64,000 nucleotides of DNA from positions 432 to 64,431 of IMG/VR virus record IMGVR_UViG_3300048886_001579; one strand, written 5' to 3'. Numbering within the stretch: the stretch's first letter is position 1; each line of letters starts with the position of its first letter. The notes under the pieces are model-generated. The model was not told the origin of the DNA, searched no databases, and saw nothing but the letters and a program-made list of their open reading frames with translations. Made by a program: the position numbers and the translations under genes. Source of the stretch: a virus. Taxonomy: Duplodnaviria > Caudoviricetes. Of the stretch, positions 36,492-46,596 are shown one piece after another.

Positions 36492-37502
36492 CTACTTCTT
36501 CTTTTTCTTCTTCTTCTTATCTCTTAAAGCCTTTCTTCTTTCTTGTCTAGTAGATTTTACTTTCTCAAGGTTTTCGATCTTTTGTACTTCTTCTGTTTCT
36601 TCAGTAATTTTTATTCTTGCTTCTCTTAATTTTTGAGATTGTTCTTGATGACTTTTTGCAAGAGGGTTTGAAGAATCTATTCTTCCAAGATCAGCCATTG
36701 ACCCGTCAAAAACATATGTTCCAATATGACCAAGTTTCATCCAAGGACACAAATGAATAGGAATGTCTATATGTCTTGCTAACTGACAAAACGCATAGTC
36801 TTCTGATAAATATCGATCAGATTTGTTTGATGAACCCATTGGCATATAGGCTTCATTATCAATAACTGTATCAAAATATGCATGAATATATCGATCACCT
36901 TTAAATTGTGCTGATCTATTGTGGTCTGGTTTATAATGAAATTGTGGATATGCTTCTCTCCATTTATCAAAAACAGTCCTTTGAGCCATCATAAAACCAG
37001 TTCCAATTTCCAAAACTTCTACAGGTTTATTTATTTGAAGTTCTTTGGTTCCTTGTACAGGATTAAACACAAAATCACCCACAAATTTTGATAGTTCTTC
37101 TGGATCTTTATCTGCAACTCCCGAATCTACTGCTTGTACAATTTTTTCCCAAGCAATACATTTTTTACCATAAGGTCCACCAATAATAGGTTTATCATCA
37201 TCACACAAAGCCGCAAGAGATAAAACATCTCTCGGATCAAAATGAATATCACTATCAATAAACATTAAATGTGTAAATTCTTCTGCTCTTAAAAATTCAT
37301 CAACTAAATAATTTCTTGCTCTGGTAATAAGAGACTCATTAAATATGTAAAAAAACCTACATTCTACTCCATAATTTGCACACAATGTTGCAAGATCAAT
37401 AGCTGATTTTGCATACATTCCATGACATTGACCACCATACATTGGTGTTGCTACAAATAATTTTTTCTTTCTTAGTTCATCAACTTTGATCTCAATCTGC
37501 AT
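36492..37502 (-). CDS. GT-A fold glycosyltransferase-like protein
   Basis: ATPMYGG, ESLITRARN, LMFIDSDI (DxD), YLSEDYAFC. Confidence 0.75.
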   Translation of the reverse strand: MQIEIKVDELRKKKLFVATPMYGGQCHGMYAKSAIDLATLCANYGVECRFFYIFNESLITRARNYLVDEFLRAEEFTHLMFIDSDIHFDPRDVLSLAALCDDDKPIIGGPYGKKCIAWEKIVQAVDSGVADKDPEELSKFVGDFVFNPVQGTKELQINKPVEVLEIGTGFMMAQRTVFDKWREAYPQFHYKPDHNRSAQFKGDRYIHAYFDTVIDNEAYMPMGSSNKSDRYLSEDYAFCQLARHIDIPIHLCPWMKLGHIGTYVFDGSMADLGRIDSSNPLAKSHQEQSQKLREARIKITEETEEVQKIENLEKVKSTRQERRKALRDKKKKKKKK

Positions 37503-37523
37503 TATTTCTCCACGTGAAAATGA

Positions 37524-37565
37524 TAAAAAAATAGAGGATAAGATTTTACTCTATATCCTCTATTA
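37524..37565 (-). terminator. Terminator after the AAA ATPase, overlapping a weak promoter (TTGACA at 37573..37578)
   Basis: ATAGAGGATA...TATCCTCTAT stem followed by U-tract. Confidence 0.65.
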
Positions 37566-37587
37566 TTTATACTGTCAAATAAAACGA

Positions 37588-38778
37588 TTAAAAAGGAGTT
37601 TCAGGATCTTCACCTTCTTCTGCTACAGAAGTTTCTTCTGTAAGAGCTTGTTCTCCTTCTTCAGCAGGAGATATTTCGTTAGGATTAACAACATCAGCAT
37701 CAACTTTGCTATACAAATCAAGGAAAGCTGATTTTGTTTCTTCATCAAAACGATTAACACACATTTGAATTGATTTCATTTTATCTTTAAAAATAGCATA
37801 CGCATTACAAATATGAACCAATCGGCGAGTTGCAATAATTTCATCAACACCACCATCATAAAATGTTTTACGAATAATATCTGCCCAATTTGTAAGTTTC
37901 TCAACAAATTCTGTATTTGCACAATCAAGAGAAGCAAGAACTGAATTGAGAATTTTTTTCTCAACTCCTACACTAGGATACTCCTGTTCCATAGTAATTG
38001 CAAATCTTTCAAGAAATGCTTCATTGAGAATATTTGTTCCAATAAATCGACCATCATCAGAACCTTTTCCTTTAGTATTTGCAGTAGCAAAAATATTAAA
38101 ACCACGAATAGGACGAATCCATTGGTTTATCTTTTTAATAAAAATTCCTTTACCTTCAAGAACAGGTTGCAAACACATAATTTTATTTGATGCAAGGTCA
38201 ACTTCATCAAGAAGCAAAATCGCACCACGCTTCATTGCTTGAATAACTGGACCATCTTGCCAAACAGTTTCTCCATCTTTCAAAAGATAGTGACCAAGCA
38301 AATCATCTTCATCAGTTTCAATAGTAACGTTAACACGAAACATTTCACGATTTAATCTTGCACAAACCTGTTCAATCATGAAAGTTTTACCATTACCAGA
38401 AAGACCAGTAACAAATGTTGGATAAAAAATTCTTGATTTAACAATTGACTCAACATCTTTACAATGTCCAAATCTAACAAAATGAGAATCTTTATCTGGA
38501 ATAAAAGATTCAGTTTGTGTTGGAAATGGAATCACTTTATTTTCTTTTTTTTCGATATTTTCACTAGCAACTGTTTGTGCTAATGCACTTTTCACAGAAC
38601 CATCAACTTGAGGGATACGATACACACCTCTAGCAACTTTATATGCAGTATTTTTCTGCACCCATGCAGTACTCACACCAAGTTGTCTCCCAATTGCTTT
38701 CAATTGCGGACGTGTAATTTCATCTTCATAACCTGCTTCAATAACGGCTTCAATAAGCGATTTTTGATTAGCATTCAT
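37588..38778 (-). CDS. MoxR/CobS-like AAA+ ATPase
   Basis: GLSGNGKT, LLLDEVD, ATANTKGKG, NEAFLERF; GGAG RBS supports ATG 38778. Confidence 0.9.
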   Translation of the reverse strand: MNANQKSLIEAVIEAGYEDEITRPQLKAIGRQLGVSTAWVQKNTAYKVARGVYRIPQVDGSVKSALAQTVASENIEKKENKVIPFPTQTESFIPDKDSHFVRFGHCKDVESIVKSRIFYPTFVTGLSGNGKTFMIEQVCARLNREMFRVNVTIETDEDDLLGHYLLKDGETVWQDGPVIQAMKRGAILLLDEVDLASNKIMCLQPVLEGKGIFIKKINQWIRPIRGFNIFATANTKGKGSDDGRFIGTNILNEAFLERFAITMEQEYPSVGVEKKILNSVLASLDCANTEFVEKLTNWADIIRKTFYDGGVDEIIATRRLVHICNAYAIFKDKMKSIQMCVNRFDEETKSAFLDLYSKVDADVVNPNEISPAEEGEQALTEETSVAEEGEDPETPF

Positions 38779-38933
38779 TTTCACAATCTCCATAATATAA
38801 GTTATAATAAACGAAAAGTGAATGTCATGGCGGCGGGGCGCTCCTTTTTTCTTACCCACTCTCTTACCAGCGGGGCAAACATTTCCATAAGCCAAGCGGT
38901 ATTCACCTCATTCTTCCCTCACTCTTCACTACT

Positions 38934-38962
38934 ATTATCTCAAATTCCAACCATAGTGTCAA
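38934..38962 (-). promoter_or_regulatory. Sigma70-type promoter TTGACA-17-GATAAT
   Basis: Motif match; long GC-richer leader follows. Confidence 0.6.
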
Positions 38963-39351
38963 GACATTTCTTGGTTTTCATCCAAATTAATTACTTCTTC
39001 CCACGTTCCATCTCCTAATTGTTTTACTGTAATAGATGATTCTTTCTTGTTCCATTCTTCTGGAGAAATTAAAGATAATGTGTTATCTTCATATAAAAAA
39101 TAATGTTTTTCTCTTACAAGACAAAATGGAATATTAACTTTTTCATGTATTCTTTTTGTTAATTGTACTCTATCCATGATTTCTTTTGCTTGTTTTACTA
39201 AAAGATTTGCATGTTCTTGTAGTCTACTTACTTCTTTATGGGCTGAAGTTTCCATTGCTTTAAGCAATTGGGAATCTGTCAGAACCTTCTCTGTTAAGAT
39301 TTTTTGTATCTCTTTATTTTTAGAGTCCCATACAGGATTATCGATTGACAT
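38959..39351 (-). CDS. DUF2452-like protein
   Basis: YFLY...LSLISPEEW...VKQLGDGTW pattern. Confidence 0.65.
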   Translation of the reverse strand: MSIDNPVWDSKNKEIQKILTEKVLTDSQLLKAMETSAHKEVSRLQEHANLLVKQAKEIMDRVQLTKRIHEKVNIPFCLVREKHYFLYEDNTLSLISPEEWNKKESSITVKQLGDGTWEEVINLDENQEMS

Positions 39352-39354
39352 GAT

Positions 39355-41700
39355 TCATGCAACCATTTCTGCAAAACTTTTCAGAACAATTCTATTAGTA
39401 AGTTTTTTCTTATTAAAGGTTTTAAATGCTTTGGTCAATTGACTTTTTGAAGCATCTTCTCTAACAACAAAATCTTCCTCTCCAACATTCAAATCTTGAC
39501 CATCTTTAATATAATATAACTTATCATATCCAAGATAATCTGAAGCAACATATGATTTTTCCTTTTTCCACAGTCTAAAAATATCAGCAGGACTTGGTGC
39601 ATTTTTTGTACCCCAGGAAATATCAGAACTTATGTATTTAAATCTTTTTCCAGTTAAGAAAAATCCTAGAATATTAACATTACATCGATCTTTCAATATT
39701 TGATAAAAAACTTTAGTAGAAAGACCTCTTCGCATACCTTTACTAGAACCATAAGTCTTTTTAGTGACTGGATCAACATAAAAAGTTTCTCTAGAATCAA
39801 CACTAAAATATTGTCTTTCCAGATTACCTGCTTCATTAGCTTTCCAATATTGACTGTTACAATGAGATTCCCCATCAGTAAGAAAAACAGTATTTACAAT
39901 TTGCACACGATTTTTCCTTTGAAATTCTGGAACCAATTCTAATGCAGTAATAATTGTTGCATCAAGAGGAGTTCCACCCAACTCAAAATGATATGGAATA
40001 CTATATCTAAAACCGTAGTAACTCTCAGTATCATATCTCATTTTTAATTGCATCATAATTTGCATAGCATAATTCAACTCTGAAGTTGACATTGAACTAC
40101 TAAACATGTTCATCAAAAACAAAGAAGAATTAGAAGTAATATGACCTTCTTTTTTAAAGAAAACCTTATGTTTTTGCTTTTCTGTTTGCTCTTCTTGTTC
40201 ATCAAAACTATTATTCCAGTCGGCTTCTCTAATATTACGATCAGTAAAAGCATATACATCAAAAGGAATATTTGCTTTTCTACAAAATAGAACTAAATTT
40301 AAAAGCTGATCAATAGTACCTGGCAAATTAGTATGCATAGAACCAGACCAATCTATGAATAAAACAAGACCGTGGTTTTTCCCAGAAGCAATAGTTGCAA
40401 CTTTTTTGAAAAGATTATCATTATATTTGTAAGAGTGTATTGAAGACATATCAAGCAAACCAGTTTTTGAAACACTGGTTCTTTTATATTCATCAGCCCT
40501 CTTTTTCATTTCAAATTCTTTGACTAAAAAATCTACTGTATTTGAATTCTTTCTTTTAAAATCTTTCACCATTTCTTGTGCTTTAGCAAAACATTCATCG
40601 AAATTTCCATTTCTACTATCATTCCACTTAGGATCTGCAAAAAATTCTTTAGTCATTTTATATAATTCTTTGTGAGGAACGATTACTTCATCCAAATTTG
40701 CTTTTGGAATTGTTGCATATTGATAAGTTCGACCCTCCTCTTCATTTAAATCTCCTACCGCTGATTGCCATGCTTCATCAGTTATAGATTTTGGATCAAA
40801 TTTTTCATCATTTGATACTCCACCCATTTGACCAGAAGTTATTTGACCACCAGTTTCTACATCTTCTTCATTTGTATCTTCACTATCTCCTGCAGAAGAA
40901 CCGTTTTCAGAATCAACTTTCATTTGACTTTCTTTGTCTTCTTCGTCTTCTTCGTCTTCTTCGGAGTCTATACTGTCTCCCCTCATTCCTGCTTTAGCAT
41001 CATTGCGTTCTTCTTCCTCTTCCATAAAATCAAGTGGAGAATCACCCATCATATCAGGCATTCGTTCACATTCATTTTCATCATCAAAATCTTTAATTGA
41101 ATATTCGAATTCAGAAAAATCTTGAAAATCTGTTTGACTTTCATTTTCTTTCGAATACTCATAGAGTCTTACAGAAATATCATAAATTTCATCAAAACTT
41201 TCTGCTTTATCAATTTCAGTAATGAAAGGGCGTTCCATTTCATCAAATTCAATACCCGCAGATGCACCAATTTTATAGTGTAAATTAATTCTATCAATCA
41301 AATTTAGTGACTCCAGATCAACATTTTTTGTGGCAAAAAAGTTTTCTGATACGAGTTGGCGATATCCTTCAATCATTGGCTTTGTGCCACCTGGATACTT
41401 CCGTTTTATCTTCTTTTCAATTCTAGCATCTTCAACAACATTAAGATAAGACTTAAATCCAGGACCCTTCTCATTCTTCTCAGAATGCAGTCCTTTCAAA
41501 GGAGTCCAAAGGGCATGTCCAACTTCATGGAGAACCATCAAATCATAAATCGGACCACTCATATACTTAAAAATTGGTAGACGAATGACCCGATTTTTAA
41601 CATCAAATGATGCTGTTTGATAATTACCATGTTCTACAGTAATGTTCTCAGAAGCAAGAAGTTTTGCTAAAATAGATTTTGTAGACTGTATTTCATTCAT
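39355..41700 (-). CDS. VWA-domain protein with N-terminal HExxH metallopeptidase-like domain (CobT-like partner of the AAA ATPase)
   Basis: HEVGH, NVVEDARIE, acidic linker, DWSGSM MIDAS, GGTPL, FLTDGE. Confidence 0.85.
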   Translation of the reverse strand: MNEIQSTKSILAKLLASENITVEHGNYQTASFDVKNRVIRLPIFKYMSGPIYDLMVLHEVGHALWTPLKGLHSEKNEKGPGFKSYLNVVEDARIEKKIKRKYPGGTKPMIEGYRQLVSENFFATKNVDLESLNLIDRINLHYKIGASAGIEFDEMERPFITEIDKAESFDEIYDISVRLYEYSKENESQTDFQDFSEFEYSIKDFDDENECERMPDMMGDSPLDFMEEEEERNDAKAGMRGDSIDSEEDEEDEEDKESQMKVDSENGSSAGDSEDTNEEDVETGGQITSGQMGGVSNDEKFDPKSITDEAWQSAVGDLNEEEGRTYQYATIPKANLDEVIVPHKELYKMTKEFFADPKWNDSRNGNFDECFAKAQEMVKDFKRKNSNTVDFLVKEFEMKKRADEYKRTSVSKTGLLDMSSIHSYKYNDNLFKKVATIASGKNHGLVLFIDWSGSMHTNLPGTIDQLLNLVLFCRKANIPFDVYAFTDRNIREADWNNSFDEQEEQTEKQKHKVFFKKEGHITSNSSLFLMNMFSSSMSTSELNYAMQIMMQLKMRYDTESYYGFRYSIPYHFELGGTPLDATIITALELVPEFQRKNRVQIVNTVFLTDGESHCNSQYWKANEAGNLERQYFSVDSRETFYVDPVTKKTYGSSKGMRRGLSTKVFYQILKDRCNVNILGFFLTGKRFKYISSDISWGTKNAPSPADIFRLWKKEKSYVASDYLGYDKLYYIKDGQDLNVGEEDFVVREDASKSQLTKAFKTFNKKKLTNRIVLKSFAEMVA

Positions 41701-41737
41701 AAGATATCCTTTTGATTAGTTTTTAACCTTCACTTAT

Positions 41738-41766
41738 ATGGTATCAATATTTGAAAATACTGTCAA
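41738..41766 (-). promoter_or_regulatory. Sigma70-type promoter TTGACA-17-TACCAT
   Basis: Motif match. Confidence 0.65.
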
Positions 41767-41778
41767 GACAATTTTTGG

Positions 41779-41991
41779 TTATTTTTGGATTAATGAGTCT
41801 CTCCAATCAAAACCCTCCGTAGGAAGCGTGTGTACTTGCATGTAATGCCCTTCTTTAACATCCCATGTATCATCGACACATTTTGGCTTATTTACATAAC
41901 AAAACCACTTATAATTCCAATCCATGGCCGCATATTTCATATTATATTGTGTAAGTTTTTCTTTTACTTGTTTTTTGATATTAGCTTTCAT
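41779..41991 (-). CDS. Small hypothetical protein, paralog of 1..240
   Basis: YAAMD..KWFCYVNKP..DTWDVKEG...WRDSLI. Confidence 0.7.
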   Translation of the reverse strand: MKANIKKQVKEKLTQYNMKYAAMDWNYKWFCYVNKPKCVDDTWDVKEGHYMQVHTLPTEGFDWRDSLIQK

Positions 41992-41993
41992 AA

Positions 41994-43217
41994 TTATTTT
42001 TTATTATAGGGTTCTAGTACATTTTTGTATATACTATTTGCGATTGCTGTCATCATTTTTGGGGCCACCATACGACCTAATCTTTCTGCCTGTTGATCAA
42101 AATCTCCAGTCAAAATAAAATCTTCTGGCATTCCCATTAACCTTTTAAATTCTACTATAGTAGGTTTTCTGTTTTCAGCATAATGAAAAACACCAGATAA
42201 TCCTTTTTTCTGACCCTGTTGCGTTAAAGTCGGAGAAGGAAGATTTGGTGCTGGTCGAATCATGTTAAAACATGATCCCTTTGGATTAAATTCATGAAAT
42301 TGTTTATCTGAGGGTTTAAGTGGTTTTTCTGGATTGAAAGGCAGAAAACTTAAAAATTTCTTTTGAAATGATCCCTCAACATAATCTAAAAGCATTTTTA
42401 TTTCTTCTGAATCATTTTCAATATCTTCAAATGCTTCTTTCATAGAAACATGCTTTGAAACTGTTTTAGAAGGAAAAATACCATTTATATTCATAAAATT
42501 GAGACCAATTTTGAGGGCAACATCTTTTCTCACACATATAAAAATTGTTCTTTCTCTTGCTTGAGGTGTCCCAAAATCAGCGGCATTCATAACTTGATAT
42601 GAAACTTCATAACCTATTCGTTCAAAATCATTAATAAATTCTAAAAGTTTCTTCTTCGATTCTCCGAAAGTTATTCCTTTTACATTTTCTGCTACAATAA
42701 CTTTTGGTTGGATTCCTTTGGCAATACGTATATATTCTAAAAATAAATCTTCAATACTTTCTTGAATTTTATCTTCAGAATATTTCTTTATTCCGTCTTT
42801 TTTCTTTAATTCTCCTGTCTGCACAACTTCACCAGTTTCAAGATCAATAGAAGATTCTCTTGTATCTTCTACATAACCCACCCATCCTTTATTTCTTTTA
42901 CCTGCAAGTGAAAATGCAGAACATGGAGGAGAACCATCAAGTAAATCTAATTCTCCAACTTTAATTCCTGCCATTTCTAAAAAATCATCTGATGAATATT
43001 TTTTAATATCATCTACTAAAACCTTTGTATCTGGAAAATTTGCTTTATATGTAGATATTGCTTCTTCGACAAATTCATTTATTAAAAGTATATTTGCTCC
43101 CGCAAGCCTATATCCAGTAGAACTTCCTCCACCACCAGCAAAACAACTGATGACATTAAATAGTTTTTCAGATGATTTTTCTTTAACTTCTTTTACGTAA
43201 TATTTTTGATAACTCAT
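41994..43217 (-). CDS. DNA (cytosine-5) methyltransferase
   Basis: FAGGGG motif I, GSPPC motif IV, ENV motif VI, QARER motif VIII; ATGA-coupled to the upstream gene. Confidence 0.93.
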   Translation of the reverse strand: MSYQKYYVKEVKEKSSEKLFNVISCFAGGGGSSTGYRLAGANILLINEFVEEAISTYKANFPDTKVLVDDIKKYSSDDFLEMAGIKVGELDLLDGSPPCSAFSLAGKRNKGWVGYVEDTRESSIDLETGEVVQTGELKKKDGIKKYSEDKIQESIEDLFLEYIRIAKGIQPKVIVAENVKGITFGESKKKLLEFINDFERIGYEVSYQVMNAADFGTPQARERTIFICVRKDVALKIGLNFMNINGIFPSKTVSKHVSMKEAFEDIENDSEEIKMLLDYVEGSFQKKFLSFLPFNPEKPLKPSDKQFHEFNPKGSCFNMIRPAPNLPSPTLTQQGQKKGLSGVFHYAENRKPTIVEFKRLMGMPEDFILTGDFDQQAERLGRMVAPKMMTAIANSIYKNVLEPYNKK

Positions 43218-44068
43218 ACAAAAAAGCCCTCTATACTTGTGGTTGTAACTTTCCAATCTCTAACTAAATCCATTATTCTGCTTCTATTATAGATATTAAT
43301 TTCCTTATTGTCAAGCAATTTCTCAAAATAATTTGGTATTCCTGCGGCCAACTGTAAATTCAGATGATTTCTTCTCTTTATTTCAAGCAATTCAGGAAAT
43401 GCATCAAATAATGGAGCTTTTTGATATGGTTTGTTGAAAAACTCCCAATCATGCTGTATCATCCAGTCCCAGACCTTCTTATCAATGTATGGAGCAACTA
43501 AAGTAGAATCTATAGTTTCTGCTAACATCATTTGTTGTTTCACCCCTACAGGATTTCCCGGAATAAATTTTTGTGTACTCTCATCTAATTTACCAAAGTA
43601 ACCCCTTCTAAATTTATTCATCAATTCTTTGGTGTGTTTGAAGTGTATGTTTGCTCTTTTGCTTACTCCATAATAACCATCAGCGGCCCAACCAGTCAAA
43701 ATATATTTCTCTTTTATGTGGGGATAAACATATAGAAAAGGAAATGTACATTCTACATGAGTTTTCTTTTTACATTCATATTTTTTAATTAAAGTAAAAA
43801 AATCATTTTCAATATTATTAACTGGAACATCTATAAGTTTAAAATTCCAACCAAAATGATTACATGCTTTTTCTGCATATATGCTATCATCAGAATCTTT
43901 TCCGTCAACTCTAAATGTATAACAATTTAATTTCTTATTTAATCTATGAGCGGCCGCGGCAACTGTTAAACTATCTGTACCACCAGACATCAATACTGCA
44001 ACCGTTTGATCAGGTGCTTCTTGATCAATAATATTCGTGATAATTTTATCAATCACGAAAACCTTCAC
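43214..44068 (-). CDS. Asparagine-synthetase-like PP-loop ATPase lacking a glutaminase domain
   Basis: LMSGGTDS, LTGWAADGYYG, APYID motifs. Confidence 0.75.
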   Translation of the reverse strand: MKVFVIDKIITNIIDQEAPDQTVAVLMSGGTDSLTVAAAAHRLNKKLNCYTFRVDGKDSDDSIYAEKACNHFGWNFKLIDVPVNNIENDFFTLIKKYECKKKTHVECTFPFLYVYPHIKEKYILTGWAADGYYGVSKRANIHFKHTKELMNKFRRGYFGKLDESTQKFIPGNPVGVKQQMMLAETIDSTLVAPYIDKKVWDWMIQHDWEFFNKPYQKAPLFDAFPELLEIKRRNHLNLQLAAGIPNYFEKLLDNKEINIYNRSRIMDLVRDWKVTTTSIEGFFV

Positions 44069-44160
44069 CTTTTAAGAAATGTTCAAATCTATGTTTTATA
44101 ACAACGTAAAATAATTTTAATAAACTATCTTCAGTATAACTACCTGCTTCAACTATTAAT

Positions 44161-44709
44161 TTATATTTTGCCATTTTTCATTTTCCTTAAAAATGTTTTT
44201 CTTTTCTTTCTTGCTTGTTGCATATAATATGTACTTGTTCTATCAAAAAAAGTATAACCATTTAAATGATCATATTCATGCAAAATTATTCTTGCAGAAA
44301 GACTTATAAAATTTCCATTATATTCTTCGCCATCTCTATCTCTCCAATTAATAGAGACACCGCTTGGTCTTTTCACATTAGGAAACAAACCAAACCACGT
44401 AAGACATCCTTCTTTCATCAAAACTTCTTCTTCTGTTGCTTCTATAACTTTAGGATTAAACATAATCAAAGGCTCGCCTTCATGTAACATAGCAAATGCT
44501 CTGCAATTAATCCCTATTTGATTAGAAGAAAGCCCCAATCCTTCATGTTGAACCATATTTTCAAGTAATATCTGTTCTAATTCATGGGCATTCAATGTAT
44601 GTAATACTTTTTCATCATCAAAATATGTTACTTTATTAGAATCAAAATCAAATTCGTCTAATTTAGTTTCTATTAAAGGATGTACTCCATCTACGAGGTC
44701 TAAAATCAT
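44161..44709 (-). CDS. def: Peptide deformylase
   Basis: GLGLSSNQIG, EGCL, HEYDHLNG. Confidence 0.95.
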   Translation of the reverse strand: MILDLVDGVHPLIETKLDEFDFDSNKVTYFDDEKVLHTLNAHELEQILLENMVQHEGLGLSSNQIGINCRAFAMLHEGEPLIMFNPKVIEATEEEVLMKEGCLTWFGLFPNVKRPSGVSINWRDRDGEEYNGNFISLSARIILHEYDHLNGYTFFDRTSTYYMQQARKKRKTFLRKMKNGKI

Positions 44710-46421
44710 TGTACTATTCTGCTAAAATTTTTAACTTTTTGAAATTTAATCATGTGTTGAAATTTATCATAAAGTATTTCCCCCTTATGACTTATCACAA
44801 ACACATTTGATGCATTACCAAGAGAGTGTATTATTTTAAGAAAATCACTTGTTCCATCTTCATCAAGTGAACTATCAAACACCTCATCTAATATGAGTAA
44901 ATTCGTACTCATACTATTTTTTAATTTAGCAATTGCTCTCCATGTAAAAAGCAAAGCCAAATCAATACGCATTTTTTCCCCTTCACTAAAAGAAGCATAA
45001 GTAAATTCATCACGAAATCTAGATTTAATCGTTTCATTAAAATTTTCATCAAGATTAAATGAAACATAAAAATCCATCTTTGACAAATATTTGTTAATTA
45101 ATTTATTCATAATAGGAAGATATTTTTTAACAATTAATGTTTTAATACCCCCATCTTTCAACAAAACACTTGCAGTATCATATATAGATTGTAAATTACT
45201 ATGTTGCTCTTTTAATGATGTAAAAGTTTTTAAATCTGATTTTAATTTTTTCAATTTCACAGAAGCATCTGAAACATCTGCATCATTTTCGTTTAATTGT
45301 TGTATTTCTACATTTATCTTTTCAATATATTGATTAATAGCAAATATTGAAGCATTGTGTTTTGTTACGACACCTTGAATTTCTGTAATTTTTTCTTGAG
45401 TAGTCTGCATTTCAGAAATAACGAAAAGAGATTCCTTAATATCTGCTCCTATTTTATTAATTCCATCACTTAACTCTGTTTTTTTCTCTTCTTTTGAATG
45501 GATCTCACAAGTTCTATGTTCGTCATCAATTGTCTGTTTACATGTTGGACAATCTGTATTTTCATTATAAAATTCAATTTCTTTTTCAAGTTTCTTTACA
45601 TTTTTTTCAATTTCATCTTGATATTGTTCTAATTTTTGGTGTTTCTTTTGTGCTTTATCAAAATCATTAACAAGCTCTTGAAGAGTTGATACTTCTTTAT
45701 CACAATTTGCAATATGAGAATTATATTCTTCTATTTGATTATGAGACTCTTTAATTTTTTTTTGATTACCAGCAATTAATTGTTTATTGCTTTTTTTCAT
45801 TTTTGAAATAAAATCTTCTTGCAATTCTAATGCATTTTCAGTTTTTGAAAAATTCAATTCATTTTGATATTGTTCTTCTTTCAAATTAGAAACTTTACTT
45901 TTCAATAAAAAATTCATTGTAGAAAATATTTGAATATCGAGCAAATCTTCAATAATAATTCTACGATCATTTGATTTAAGTTGCATAAAAGGAACGAAAG
46001 ACGAACTACCAAGAACAACAATTTGAGTAAAAGATTTATAATTTAATTTAAGAATATTTTTTTCAAGATGTTCTTGATAATCTCTTACTTTTGCATCTTG
46101 ATTTATTAATGTTCCATCAACTTCAATTTCAAATAGATTTGGTTTTATTCCTCTACGAACAAGATAGTGTCTATTACCAATTGAAAATTCTGTTTCAATA
46201 AGACAATTTCTATCATTAATTGAATTGATAATTTGAGACTTATTAATATTACGAAATGCTTTTCCGAATAGACTAAAGGTAAGAGCATCTAATATTGTAG
46301 ATTTACCAGACCCATTTTCTCCAACAATCAAAGTTGTTGGATTTTTGTCTAAATCAATTTCAATAAAATTTTGACCAGTGGAAAGAACATTTTTCCATCT
46401 GATCTTATGAAAATTTATCAT
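44706..46421 (-). CDS. 46: SMC/Rad50-like recombination endonuclease subunit (gp46)
   Basis: GENGSGKST, CPTC zinc hook, FSEGE, LILDE. Confidence 0.96.
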   Translation of the reverse strand: MINFHKIRWKNVLSTGQNFIEIDLDKNPTTLIVGENGSGKSTILDALTFSLFGKAFRNINKSQIINSINDRNCLIETEFSIGNRHYLVRRGIKPNLFEIEVDGTLINQDAKVRDYQEHLEKNILKLNYKSFTQIVVLGSSSFVPFMQLKSNDRRIIIEDLLDIQIFSTMNFLLKSKVSNLKEEQYQNELNFSKTENALELQEDFISKMKKSNKQLIAGNQKKIKESHNQIEEYNSHIANCDKEVSTLQELVNDFDKAQKKHQKLEQYQDEIEKNVKKLEKEIEFYNENTDCPTCKQTIDDEHRTCEIHSKEEKKTELSDGINKIGADIKESLFVISEMQTTQEKITEIQGVVTKHNASIFAINQYIEKINVEIQQLNENDADVSDASVKLKKLKSDLKTFTSLKEQHSNLQSIYDTASVLLKDGGIKTLIVKKYLPIMNKLINKYLSKMDFYVSFNLDENFNETIKSRFRDEFTYASFSEGEKMRIDLALLFTWRAIAKLKNSMSTNLLILDEVFDSSLDEDGTSDFLKIIHSLGNASNVFVISHKGEILYDKFQHMIKFQKVKNFSRIVQ

Positions 46422-46596
46422 AATTTGATTTCAATATTTCTATTATTTCTTTTTGGCAAGCCAGAATCTTAGCGTATGCTATGTCTCTGTTGTTTTGATA
46501 TTTGTGTCTATATGTTTTAATATATTCTTCTTCTAAGACAGATAATTCATCAAGTTTAGTCTTCAGTAAGAAATTGAGGCGCTGATCCATCTTCAA
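46405..46596 (-). CDS. Small hypothetical protein
   Basis: ORF overlapping neighbours. Confidence 0.55.
   Translation of the reverse strand: MKMDQRLNFLLKTKLDELSVLEEEYIKTYRHKYQNNRDIAYAKILACQKEIIEILKSNYDKFS

Noticed and set aside
40930-40962. TTCGTCTTC microsatellite-like repeat
   Set aside because: It simply encodes the acidic EEDEEDEED linker of the VWA protein
37588-41700. CobS/CobT cobaltochelatase supplying B12 to the class II RNR
   Set aside because: The motifs are those of generic MoxR-AAA and VWA proteins; no CobN or other cob genes are present
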